Below, one piece after another: positions 36,570 through 44,495 of a stretch of DNA of 64,000 bases (its first letter is position 1; every line of letters begins with the position of its first letter). The notes beneath the pieces were generated by a model, which saw nothing but the letters and a program-made list of their open reading frames with translations, did no database searches and was not told where the DNA came from. The position numbers and the translations under genes were made by a program. The stretch is from Oscillospiraceae bacterium (GTDB lineage: Bacteria; Bacillota; Clostridia; Oscillospirales; CAG-272): the NCBI GenBank assembly GCA_015064735.1, contig SVRP01000004.1:12800-76799 (forward strand), in the 5' to 3' direction.

Positions 36570-37931
36570 ATGGTTAGGAAAAAGAAATTCACGCTTTCAA
36601 CCACGCAGATCATATTGCTCAGCTTCCTCGTTACCATTTTCATAGGAAGCGGACTTTTGGCATTGCCAATCAGCTCTGCAAGCAGAGAAGCGGTGCCGTA
36701 TCTCGATGCGCTTTTCACGGCAACCACCTCCACCTGTGTGACGGGACTCGTTACGCTTACCACAGTATCCACATGGAGTGTGTTCGGGCAGATCGTCATT
36801 CTGCTTCTCATACAGATCGGCGGTCTTGGTATCATCACCATTATGTCGGGACTGATGCTTCTTCTCAACAGAAAAATGGGCATCGGCGACCGTTTGCTCA
36901 TTCAAGATGCCTTCAATCTCAATACGATGTCTGGGCTGGCGAAATTCGTTAAAAACGTATTGTTCGGCACGCTGATTATCGAAGGGATAGGAGCTGTCCT
37001 GTATATGCTTGTGTTCGTTCCCGAGTTTGGGGCTGTGGGCATCTGGATATCGGTGTTCAATTCGGTTTCCGCTTTCTGTAATGCCGGCATTGACATTATC
37101 GCGGAAAACAGCCTTTGCAATTACGCAACCAATCCCTTGATCAATATCGTCACCTCTGCGCTCATCATTCTCGGCGGTCTCGGATATATCGTGTGGTGGG
37201 ATGTTCTCCATGTGATTAAAAGCCGTTCACCAAAGAACCGCAAGATATTCAGGCACTTGACCTTGCACTCAAAGATTGCCATTACGGTTACGGCAGGACT
37301 CATTCTTGTCGGTGCAATTCTTATATTTATTTTTGAATATGCTAACCCATTAACCATTGGAGAGATGTCCTTGTTCGATAAAATTCAGGTGTCCTTCTTC
37401 CAATCGGTTACCACGAGAACGGCAGGCTTTGCCTCTGTTCCGCAAGAGAATTTGACAAACGCTTCATCTGCCGTATCTATTATCTTGATGCTGATAGGCG
37501 GTTCACCAGTAGGAACGGCAGGCGGTATGAAAACGGTAACCATTACCATCCTTATCTGCTCGGCATTGGCTACCATTAGAAATAAAAACAGCGCAACCTT
37601 GTTCGGTCGCCGTGTTTCCGAGGTATCGGTGAAAAAGGCTGTTGCGGTAGCGATTACGTTTCTTACAATATGCTCCGCATCAACTATACTATTGATGGCA
37701 ACGAGCAATGCCTCCGCTCTTGATGCAGTCTATGAAACGGTCAGCGCGACTGCAACCGTCGGACTTTCAAGAAATCTGACGGCAACGCTGAACACCTTTG
37801 GAAAGCTAATTATCATCGTAACGATGTATTTCGGCAGAGTCGGTCCCATCTCGCTTGCGGTGGCGCTCGGCAGTAAAAACGAAAGTCAGAACGTCATTTC
37901 CGAGCCGACGGAAGATATCAGTATAGGATAA
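36570..37931 (+). CDS. ktrB: TrkH/KtrB-family potassium uptake membrane subunit
   Basis: Repeated pore-loop-like segments (TSTCVTGL, SAFCNAGIDI, TTRTAGF, TATVGLS). ATG 36570 behind AGAGGA. Confidence 0.88.
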   Translation: MVRKKKFTLSTTQIILLSFLVTIFIGSGLLALPISSASREAVPYLDALFTATTSTCVTGLVTLTTVSTWSVFGQIVILLLIQIGGLGIITIMSGLMLLLNRKMGIGDRLLIQDAFNLNTMSGLAKFVKNVLFGTLIIEGIGAVLYMLVFVPEFGAVGIWISVFNSVSAFCNAGIDIIAENSLCNYATNPLINIVTSALIILGGLGYIVWWDVLHVIKSRSPKNRKIFRHLTLHSKIAITVTAGLILVGAILIFIFEYANPLTIGEMSLFDKIQVSFFQSVTTRTAGFASVPQENLTNASSAVSIILMLIGGSPVGTAGGMKTVTITILICSALATIRNKNSATLFGRRVSEVSVKKAVAVAITFLTICSASTILLMATSNASALDAVYETVSATATVGLSRNLTATLNTFGKLIIIVTMYFGRVGPISLAVALGSKNESQNVISEPTEDISIG

Positions 37932-37942
37932 AGGAGAAGATT

Positions 37943-38593
37943 ATGAAAGCAAAGAAAACATACGCCGTCTTCGGACTTGGAAGATACGGCACAGCTGTGT
38001 CAAAAGAGCTTGTAGAGAACGGTATGGAGGTCATTGCAGTCGATACAGAGGAAAGGATCGTCAACGATGCAGCGGCATATCTGCCCGTGTGCAAATGTGC
38101 TGACGTGACTGATGCGGAGGTCATTTCTCGTCTTGGAATAGGTAATATCGATACCGTTATCGTTTGTATGGCGGGCAATCTTGAAGCGAGCGTGATGGCA
38201 GTCACGCTTTGCAAGGAGGCAGGCGTTAAGACCGTTATCGCAAAATGCGCCAATGAGATGCACCAAAAAATACTGCTTCGCGTGGGTGCGGATCAAGTGG
38301 TTTTTCCCGAAAACGAGTCTGGTATACGCCTTGCTAAGAACCTCTTAAGCTCCGGATTTATTGATATGATCTCTCTGTCAAGGGACGTGTCCATGGTTGA
38401 GATCGATGTGAAGGATGAGTGGTGCGGCAAGACCTTAATTGAATTAAATCTCCGAAAAAAATACGGATTTAATATCGTTGCAATCAAGAAAGGCGAGGAT
38501 GTCTCCGTAAATATCAATCCGGAGCAGGAACTTGATGCAGAAACAACTCTGATCGTTATTGCGAATACTACAAAGCTTGGAAAGTTAAAATAA
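37943..38593 (+). CDS. ktrA: TrkA/KtrA-family potassium uptake regulatory subunit (RCK)
   Basis: YAVFGLGRYG Rossmann (TrkA-N) plus TrkA-C. 216 aa. Confidence 0.88.
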   Translation: MKAKKTYAVFGLGRYGTAVSKELVENGMEVIAVDTEERIVNDAAAYLPVCKCADVTDAEVISRLGIGNIDTVIVCMAGNLEASVMAVTLCKEAGVKTVIAKCANEMHQKILLRVGADQVVFPENESGIRLAKNLLSSGFIDMISLSRDVSMVEIDVKDEWCGKTLIELNLRKKYGFNIVAIKKGEDVSVNINPEQELDAETTLIVIANTTKLGKLK

Positions 38594-38595
38594 GC

Positions 38596-38614
38596 TGTCA
38601 AATTCCAATTTGTA
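38596..38614 (+). repeat. junction motif copy 2 (TGTCAAATTCCAATTTGTA)
   Basis: Starts 3 nt after the ktrA stop codon. Confidence 0.7.
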
Positions 38615-38708
38615 TAATAAAGCTAAATAGAACGATGTGACGGATAGTGTCGTGACTTTTTGCGGTGGCGATGTTATAATGAACTCACAAAAGCAAGGAG
38701 GTTGCATT

Positions 38709-39200
38709 ATGACTTTTGGTGAAAAATTAAAAAAGCTGCGAAACGACAATCAGCTTACTCAAGACGAGTTGGCTGAAAAGATCTATGTCACAAGAACAGC
38801 TATCTCAAAGTGGGAAACTGACAAAGGATATCCAAGTATAGATAGCTTAAAACAACTCTCTAATCTTTTTCATATCAGTATAGACGAGTTAATATCCGAT
38901 ACCGATATCGAGAATAAGCGACTGCTTGATGAAGCGCAAAGTCGCAAATTTTATTGGTTCGCTATTGCTTGTCTTGCAGTAGCAACGGTCAGCGCAGTAA
39001 TCAACTATTTCACAAAGATACCATATCTCAACATTATCAGTTTTTCGGGAGTGATTGGATACATCGTGTTAGGTTTGCTTTCCAAGCCAAAATACAAGAG
39101 GATAGCTGCGAGGAAAATGGTGCTGCCGTATGTGCTTTCTCGGTTAGTGATACTTGCAGTTATCATTGCGGTTATAGCTTACGCATTTATTGAAACATAA
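38709..39200 (+). CDS. XRE-family HTH regulator with C-terminal membrane segments
   Basis: MTFGEKLKKLRNDNQLTQDELAEKIYVTRTAISKWETDKGYPSIDSLKQLSNLF is a Cro/C1 HTH. Two or three C-terminal TM helices. ATG 38709 behind AGGAGG. Confidence 0.85.
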   Translation: MTFGEKLKKLRNDNQLTQDELAEKIYVTRTAISKWETDKGYPSIDSLKQLSNLFHISIDELISDTDIENKRLLDEAQSRKFYWFAIACLAVATVSAVINYFTKIPYLNIISFSGVIGYIVLGLLSKPKYKRIAARKMVLPYVLSRLVILAVIIAVIAYAFIET

Positions 39201-39202
39201 AC

Positions 39203-39296
39203 AAATTCCAACTTGTCGTGATGATGATAAAGAGCGAGGGCTGACGGAAAACAACCGTCAGCCCTCAAAATTTGAGTCGCAGAAAGCAAAGAAAAG
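39203..39296 (+). repeat. inter-gene linker repeat, copy A (junction motif + GAGGGCTGAC hairpin + AAAATTTGnnTCGC...CAAAGAAAAG tail)
   Basis: Junction motif at 39203-39220. 12-bp hairpin 39236-39247/39255-39266. Tail to 39296. Aligns with copy C over about 95 nt. Confidence 0.85.
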
Positions 39297-39324
39297 CAAA
39301 TTCGAAGAAATTCACAAAATATAC

Positions 39325-39353
39325 TTGTTTTTCTTTCAAAAAAGGTGTATAAT
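39325..39353 (+). promoter_or_regulatory. candidate promoter of the thi operon
   Basis: TTGTTT-17 nt-TATAAT preceded by TG. Confidence 0.45.
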
Positions 39354-39365
39354 AATCGTACAATT

Positions 39366-39472
39366 AAACAGCGGGGAGCTTGATGCGCCTATGAGCGCGG
39401 ACAGGCTGAGAGGAAGGTAAGACCTTCGACCCATTAACCTGATTTGGATAATGCCAACGTAGGGATGCCTGA
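39366..39472 (+). promoter_or_regulatory. TPP (THI-box) riboswitch
   Basis: GGGGAGC...CTGAGA...ACCC..AACCTGAT.TGGATAATGCCAACG.AGGGA conserved THI-element blocks. Confidence 0.9.
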
Positions 39473-39490
39473 ACAATAGTGTATTCATTT

Positions 39491-39524
39491 GGAAGCTACC
39501 CAAAAAGGTAGCTTCCATTTTTTA
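39491..39524 (+). terminator. riboswitch-controlled intrinsic terminator
   Basis: GGAAGCTACC-CAAAAA-GGTAGCTTCC followed by ATTTTTTA. Confidence 0.8.
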
Positions 39525-39592
39525 TTGGTTCGTAGGTTTCCGCTGAATGATTGAATATTTTTATTCCGATCAAATCGGAGAAAGAGGCAAAA

Positions 39593-40414
39593 ATGCTTGG
39601 AAACTGTCTTGAAAACGTAAGAAAGACCACGCCACTCGTGCATAACATCACGAATTATGTTACCGTTAACGACGTGGCAAATGTGCTTCTCGCTTGTGGC
39701 GGTAGCCCTATTATGTCGGACGAGCCCGACGATGTGGCAGACATCACTTCCATCTGCGGAGGACTCAACATCAATATCGGTACGCTCAACAAGCGCAGCA
39801 TTGAAGCAATGTTTGTAGCCGGAGCGAAGTCTAACGAGCTTGGACATCCCGTTCTGCTTGATCCCGTTGGTGCAGGCGCAAGCGCGCTTCGCACTAACAC
39901 CGCAGTCGAAATTATGGAGAAAATCAAACTCGATGTTATCCGCGGCAACATCTCGGAGATCAAAACACTCGCGCTTGGAAGCGGCACAACCAAGGGCGTG
40001 GATGCGGATGCGGCAGATACCGTGACCGAGGATAACCTCGATCAGATGGTCGCCTTTGCCAAGAGCTTTGCCGCCAAGAGCGGTGCCGTTGTTGCCATCA
40101 CAGGCGCTATTGACCTTGTGGCAGATGCCGATAAGTGCTACGTGATCCGCAACGGTCGCCCCGAAATGAGCCGTATCACAGGCACGGGCTGTCAGCTTTC
40201 GGGAATCGCTACTGCATACGTTGTAGCCAACCCCGATAACAAGACCGACGCTGTTGCCGCCGCTGTGTGCGTCATGGGTCTTGCAGGTGAGATCGGCGTT
40301 GCTAATATGGCAGAGGGCGAAGGAAATTCCTCGCTCCGTAACCGCATTATTGATGCCATCTACAATATGGATGCCGAAACGCTGAATCAGGGAGCAAAGT
40401 ATGAAGTACGATAA
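39593..40414 (+). CDS. thiM: hydroxyethylthiazole kinase
   Basis: PLVHNITNYVTVNDVANVLLACGGSPIM hallmark. ATG 39593 behind GGAGAAAGAGG. Confidence 0.92.
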   Translation: MLGNCLENVRKTTPLVHNITNYVTVNDVANVLLACGGSPIMSDEPDDVADITSICGGLNINIGTLNKRSIEAMFVAGAKSNELGHPVLLDPVGAGASALRTNTAVEIMEKIKLDVIRGNISEIKTLALGSGTTKGVDADAADTVTEDNLDQMVAFAKSFAAKSGAVVAITGAIDLVADADKCYVIRNGRPEMSRITGTGCQLSGIATAYVVANPDNKTDAVAAAVCVMGLAGEIGVANMAEGEGNSSLRNRIIDAIYNMDAETLNQGAKYEVR

Positions 40415-41042
40415 AAAAGACCTACTTTTGTATGCGGTAACCGACCGTTCCTGGCTTGGTGAGCAGACCCTCTACGAGCAGGTGGAGGAGGCTCTCAAGG
40501 GCGGCGCGACCTTCGTTCAGCTTCGTGAAAAGGAGCTTGACGATGACACCTTCCTTGCCGAAGCTATTGAGATACAAGAGCTTTGCAAAAGATACAATGT
40601 GCCTTTTGTAATCAACGACAACGTGGAGATCGCAAGGAAAATGAACGCAGACGGTATTCATGTTGGACAGAGCGATATGGAGGCAGGTGACGTCCGCGCC
40701 CTTCTCGGTGAGGATAAGATACTCGGCGTATCGGCACAGACCGTAGAGCAAGCCATCCTTGCTGAGCAGCGCGGTGCGGACTATCTCGGCGTTGGCGCGG
40801 TCTTTCACACAGGCTCAAAAGCTGATGCCGATGACGTAAGCCATGAAACGTTGAAAGCGATTTGCCAAGCCGTAAGTATTCCTGTTGTCGCTATCGGCGG
40901 GATCGGTAAGCATAACGTGCTAAAGCTTAGCGGAAGCGGCATCTGCGGAATTGCCGTGATCAGCGCGATCTTCGCAGCCGAGGACATCACGAGCGCGACT
41001 GCAGAGCTGAAGGCTCTCACCGAACAGGCGGTAGCGAAATGA
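40401..41042 (+). CDS. thiE: thiamine-phosphate synthase
   Basis: LYAVTDR..., VQLREK, INDNVEIA, and DGIHVGQSD blocks. Confidence 0.93.
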   Translation: MKYDKKDLLLYAVTDRSWLGEQTLYEQVEEALKGGATFVQLREKELDDDTFLAEAIEIQELCKRYNVPFVINDNVEIARKMNADGIHVGQSDMEAGDVRALLGEDKILGVSAQTVEQAILAEQRGADYLGVGAVFHTGSKADADDVSHETLKAICQAVSIPVVAIGGIGKHNVLKLSGSGICGIAVISAIFAAEDITSATAELKALTEQAVAK

Positions 41043-41674
41043 TCAAGGGCGCGATATTTGACCTTGACGGAACGCTCCTTGATTCGATGTCCATATGGGA
41101 TACCATCGGAGAGGACTATCTTCGATCCCTTGGTATCGAGCCGAGAGAGAATTTAGCCGAAACATTCAAGACCTTCACCTTGGAAGAATCCGCCGAATAT
41201 TATCGAACACATTACGGCGTAACCTTGTCGGTTGCGGAAATCGTGGACGGTGTAAACCGAATGATCGAGGACTTTTATCGAAATACAGTATCTCTTAAAA
41301 AAGGGGTTTCCGAGTTCCTTGAACGGCTATCAAAGGACGGAGTGAAGATGTGTGTTGCTACGGTAACTGACAAGTATCTCGTAGAAGCCGTTTTGACTCG
41401 CCTGAAGGTCAGACAATACTTTGGCGAGATCATAACTACCGCCGAGGTGGGTTGTGGCAAGAACAAGCCGACGATTTATCGCACGGCTCTTGCTTATCTT
41501 GGAACGGAAAAGCACGAAACCCTCGTATTTGAGGACGTGCTCCACGCTCTGATGACAGCAAAGAATGACGGCTTTCCCGTTGCGGCAGTCTATGACAAGC
41601 ACGAGTTAAGGCAGACGGAAATGAAAGCAAACGGTGATTATTATATTACCAATTACGAAACAGTAAAAATATAA
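41039..41674 (+). CDS. HAD-IA family phosphatase embedded in the thi operon
   Basis: MIKGAIFDLDGTLLDS motif I, KPTIY, and FEDVLHAL motif. Confidence 0.85.
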   Translation: MIKGAIFDLDGTLLDSMSIWDTIGEDYLRSLGIEPRENLAETFKTFTLEESAEYYRTHYGVTLSVAEIVDGVNRMIEDFYRNTVSLKKGVSEFLERLSKDGVKMCVATVTDKYLVEAVLTRLKVRQYFGEIITTAEVGCGKNKPTIYRTALAYLGTEKHETLVFEDVLHALMTAKNDGFPVAAVYDKHELRQTEMKANGDYYITNYETVKI

Positions 41675-41742
41675 AACACAGCGGCAGACCGGGGGCACCA
41701 CTCTCTGTCGCTCAAGAAAAAATAATGTTTAGGAGAAAAAAT

Positions 41743-42546
41743 ATGAAAACAGCATTATCAATCGCGGGAAGCGACTCCTGCGGAGGCGCCGGTATTCAAG
41801 CAGATATTAAGACAATGACAATGAACGGTGTTTATGCCATGAGCGCAATAACAGCACTCACCGCACAGAACACGACCGGCGTAAGATCAATTATGGAGGC
41901 AACTCCCGACTTTTTGAAGGATCAGATCGATGCGGTTTTTGAGGATATCCGTCCCGATGCCGTAAAAATTGGAATGGTATCTTCTGCAAAGCTTATTAAG
42001 GTGATTGCCGAAAGACTTGCCTATTACAAAGCGAAAAACATTGTAGTCGATCCCGTAATGGTGGCAACAAGCGGTTCTGAATTGATGAAAACCGATGCGG
42101 TATCGGTGCTGACAAGAGAGCTTCTTCCTCTCGCTACTCTTGTTACGCCCAATATCCCCGAAGCAGAGGTCTTGTCAGGGCAGTCCGTTCACACGAAAGA
42201 AGATATGGAACGTGTGGCGAAGATGATAGGCGATACCTACGGATGCGCTGTGCTTCTAAAGGGCGGTCATAGCATCAATGATGCAAACGATCTTCTGTAT
42301 GCAAACGGCAACTACAAATGGTTCAGCGGTAAGCGTATCAACAATCCCAACACACACGGCACGGGCTGTACGCTTTCGTCTGCAATAGCATCAAACCTCG
42401 CAAAGGGATATGACCTTGAAACCTCTATCAGGAGAGCAAAGGATTATATCTCGGGCGCACTTGCGGCGATGCTCGACCTCGGGCAGGGCTCAGGACCTAT
42501 GAATCATGCTTTTGATCTGAACGGAAAATATGCGGAGGAAAACTGA
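41743..42546 (+). CDS. thiD: hydroxymethylpyrimidine/phosphomethylpyrimidine kinase
   Basis: ALSIAGSDSCGGAGIQADIKT and GTGCTLSSAIA motifs. ATG 41743 behind AGGAG. Confidence 0.93.
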   Translation: MKTALSIAGSDSCGGAGIQADIKTMTMNGVYAMSAITALTAQNTTGVRSIMEATPDFLKDQIDAVFEDIRPDAVKIGMVSSAKLIKVIAERLAYYKAKNIVVDPVMVATSGSELMKTDAVSVLTRELLPLATLVTPNIPEAEVLSGQSVHTKEDMERVAKMIGDTYGCAVLLKGGHSINDANDLLYANGNYKWFSGKRINNPNTHGTGCTLSSAIASNLAKGYDLETSIRRAKDYISGALAAMLDLGQGSGPMNHAFDLNGKYAEEN

Positions 42547-42547
42547 A

Positions 42548-43210
42548 ATGAAATTGACAACTCAAATGTCGGCAGCCGTAGAAGATATCTGGGCTGAATA
42601 TTACACGCACCCCTTTGTCAAGGGAATTGAAAACGGTACACTTGATCAAAAAAAATTCAGATACTATATCAAGCAGGACTATTTATATCTGATTGAGTAC
42701 ACCAAGGTGTTCGGCATCGGTATTGCCAAGGCGAAAAGCACCGAGGTAACTAAGCTGTTCGCATCCTACATACAGCTTTTGACTGACGGTGAAATGGACA
42801 TCCATAGAGGTTATATGGGCAGGTTCGGTGTTACCGAAGCGGAGCTTGCAGACACACCTCGTGCGCTTGATAATCTTTCCTATACCTCGTATATGCTCCG
42901 TGTAGCCTATGAGGAAGGAGAAGCAGAGGTATTGGCGGCGATCCTTTCCTGTGCTTACAGCTATGAGATGATTGCCCGTAATATCGTCAAGAACAATCCT
43001 AATTCCGTCAATCACGAGTTTTACGGTGATTGGATCAAGGGCTATGCAAGCGATGAGTACAGCAAAGAAAACAGCGTGCTTTTTGAAATGCTTGAAAAGC
43101 TGACTGCACATTACACCGACGAGCAGAAGCAGCACATCGTGGATATCTACGTTGCTTGCTCACGCTACGAGCTTGCTTTTTGGAATCTGTCTTGGAATAT
43201 GAGCAAATAA
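42548..43210 (+). CDS. tenA: thiaminase II / aminopyrimidine aminohydrolase
   Basis: HPFVKGIENGTLDQKKFRYYIKQDYLYL is the TenA/PqqC-like signature. Confidence 0.9.
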   Translation: MKLTTQMSAAVEDIWAEYYTHPFVKGIENGTLDQKKFRYYIKQDYLYLIEYTKVFGIGIAKAKSTEVTKLFASYIQLLTDGEMDIHRGYMGRFGVTEAELADTPRALDNLSYTSYMLRVAYEEGEAEVLAAILSCAYSYEMIARNIVKNNPNSVNHEFYGDWIKGYASDEYSKENSVLFEMLEKLTAHYTDEQKQHIVDIYVACSRYELAFWNLSWNMSK

Positions 43211-43213
43211 GAT

Positions 43214-43309
43214 ATGAAAAGGTGTGTAATTGTAGGCTGTTCTGATATAACCGCTTACGATAGGATCAACGGCATCATAACAGGCGAAGATTATGTTATC
43301 TTCTGCGAT
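43214..43309 (+). pseudogene. N-terminal fragment (about 32 codons) of a thiamine pyrophosphokinase (thiN/TPK)-like gene
   Basis: MKRCVIVGCSDITAYDRINGIITGEDYVIFCD resembles TPK N-termini (M..C.IV..G.......I...D.II.AD). After codon 32 the frame enters repeat-derived sequence and stops at 43438. No TPK-like continuation in any frame. Confidence 0.4.
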
Positions 43310-43316
43310 AGATTAT

Positions 43317-43354
43317 CAAAACGCAATATCTGCATCGCTGTAGTCAAAGAAAAG
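43317..43354 (+). repeat. partial, degenerate copy of the linker-repeat tail
   Basis: CAAAACGCAATATCTGCATCGCTGTAGTCAAAGAAAAGG versus CAAAATTTGCATCGCTGAAAGCAAAGAAAAGC (copy B). Confidence 0.65.
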
Positions 43355-43429
43355 GCTCGCCGAGCTGATAAAAACGATGAAAGCCGAAATCGCGGAGATG
43401 AAGAAACAAGCAAAGAATGCATAAGGAAA

Positions 43430-43486
43430 GAGGGCTGACCAAAACGGTCAGCCCTCAAAATTTGCATCGCTGAAAGCAAAGAAAAG
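43430..43486 (+). repeat. linker repeat, copy B (hairpin + tail only)
   Basis: 11-bp hairpin 43430-43440/43446-43456, then AAAATTTGCATCGCTGAAAGCAAAGAAAAG. Confidence 0.85.
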
Positions 43487-43495
43487 CCAAATCGG

Positions 43496-43524
43496 TTGAA
43501 AAGTTCATAGAAATATGATATAAT
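43496..43524 (+). promoter_or_regulatory. SigA-type promoter of the GNAT gene
   Basis: TTGAAA-17 nt-TGaTATAAT. Confidence 0.6.
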
Positions 43525-43560
43525 AAACTCATCGAATAAGAATTTGACGAGGTAATCAAT

Positions 43561-43965
43561 ATGAACATTGAATATAAAGTCATTCATGATTTTGAGTGTG
43601 AGGATTTGGAAAGGTTGTTTCTTTCGGTTGAATGGTCATCAGGACATTTTCCCGACAAGCTTGCAATTGCAATGAAAAATTTTAACACAGTATATTCTGC
43701 TTGGGATGGAACTAAGCTTGTTGGAATGATATGTGTTATGGATGATGGAATAATGAATGCCTATGTTCATTATCTTCTTGTTGACCCTGATTATCACGGA
43801 AAAACAATCGGCAGAACACTTGTAAATATGGTAAAAGAAAAGTATAAGGATTATATGCGAATTGTGGTTGTTGCTTATGATGATGAGCTGCATTTTTACA
43901 AAGCGTGTGGTTTTGAAAAGAGTAAAAATGCTTCTCCTATGTTTATAACTTCCTTGTGGACATAA
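43561..43965 (+). CDS. GNAT family N-acetyltransferase
   Basis: 134 aa. LLVDPDYHGKTIGRTLV (Q/RxxGxG/A-like acetyl-CoA motif). C-terminal YKACGFE. Confidence 0.88.
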   Translation: MNIEYKVIHDFECEDLERLFLSVEWSSGHFPDKLAIAMKNFNTVYSAWDGTKLVGMICVMDDGIMNAYVHYLLVDPDYHGKTIGRTLVNMVKEKYKDYMRIVVVAYDDELHFYKACGFEKSKNASPMFITSLWT

Positions 43966-43968
43966 TAC

Positions 43969-44066
43969 TGTTAAAATCCAATTTGTCGGTATGATGATAA
44001 GAGCGAGGGCTGACAGAAATCAATCTGTCAGCCCTCAAAATTTGCATCGCAGTAATCAAAGAAAAG
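43969..44066 (+). repeat. linker repeat, copy C (junction motif + hairpin + tail)
   Basis: Junction motif TGTTAAAATCCAATTTGTCGG, GATGATAAGAGC, 12-bp hairpin 44005-44016/44025-44036, and tail AAAATTTGCATCGCAGTAATCAAAGAAAAG. Confidence 0.85.
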
Positions 44067-44191
44067 AGATTTTGAAAAGTACTAAGAAAATAAATAAAAA
44101 AAACGCTCGAAACCGGTGTCTTGTGCCGAGAGAAAGCGTTTTGCTGAAAACTGTGGTCTTTTGGCAAAAGAGCAAGTTGGGGATAATAAAC

Positions 44192-44231
44192 AAAAAATCA
44201 GTCCTAATCTTACGAAAAGGACTGATTTTTT
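44192..44231. terminator. bidirectional intrinsic terminator (ends the tRNA-Pro transcript on the minus strand)
   Basis: AAAAAATCAGTCCT...AGGACTGATTTTTT. Confidence 0.8.
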
Positions 44232-44251
44232 GGTGCATAAAGCACAAATTT

Positions 44252-44327
44252 TGGTCGGAGTGACAGGATTCGAACCTGCGGCATCGACGTCCCAAACGTC
44301 GCGCGCTACCAGCTGCGCCACACCCCG
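44252..44327 (-). tRNA. tRNA-Pro (anticodon UGG), CCA encoded
   Basis: Minus strand reads CGGGGTGTGGCGCAGCTGGTAGCGCGCGACGTTTGGGACGTCGATGCCGCAGGTTCGAATCCTGTCACTCCGACCA. The 7-bp acceptor, D, anticodon (loop TTTGGGA) and T arms (GGTTCGAATCC) all fold. 76 nt. Confidence 0.95.
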
Positions 44328-44345
44328 ATGTGTGAAAAATATTCG

Positions 44346-44375
44346 ATTTTTAGGTCATTTTCCGTAAGTGGTCAA
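44346..44375 (-). promoter_or_regulatory. candidate promoter of tRNA-Pro
   Basis: Minus strand reads TTGACC-17 nt-TAAAAA(T), about 19 nt upstream of the mature 5' end. The -35 is part of a tandem GTTTGACCAC x2. Confidence 0.45.
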
Positions 44376-44423
44376 ACATGTGGTCAAACCGCTTTTACAG
44401 AGGATTTTGCGAGAGAGCAGAGT

Positions 44424-44469
44424 GCCGAAAAAGTCAGTGTTTACAAGGGTTTTCGGCGTTTTTTGTTTT
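44424..44469 (+). terminator. plus-strand terminator-like hairpin with no obvious upstream gene
   Basis: GCCGAAAA...TTTTCGGC followed by GTTTTTTGTTTT. Confidence 0.5.
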
Positions 44470-44495
44470 CTCGAAGAGTGTAGTCGGTGTCCTGC

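Noticed and set aside
39190-39420. 76-aa ORF covering linker repeat A and the TPP riboswitch. Similar ORFs lie at 43991..44263 (+), 43291..43587 (-) and 43943..44167 (-).
   Set aside because: These ORFs read through repeats, a riboswitch or the tRNA. The repeat copies are conserved at nucleotide level but fall in different frames, so they are not coding.
36404-43990. Junction motif considered as an integron attC site or a Xer dif/pdif site
   Set aside because: There is no extended imperfect palindrome with R''/L''-L'/R' organisation or GTTRRRY core. There is no 11-6-11 Xer-type dyad, only a short ACAAA-N6-TTTGT symmetry. No integrase is in the window. It is kept as an unexplained motif in the findings instead.
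39236-44036. Three similar hairpin repeats considered as a CRISPR array
   Set aside because: Only three copies, with wildly irregular spacing (about 4.2 kb and 0.57 kb). Whole genes lie between them and there are no cas genes.
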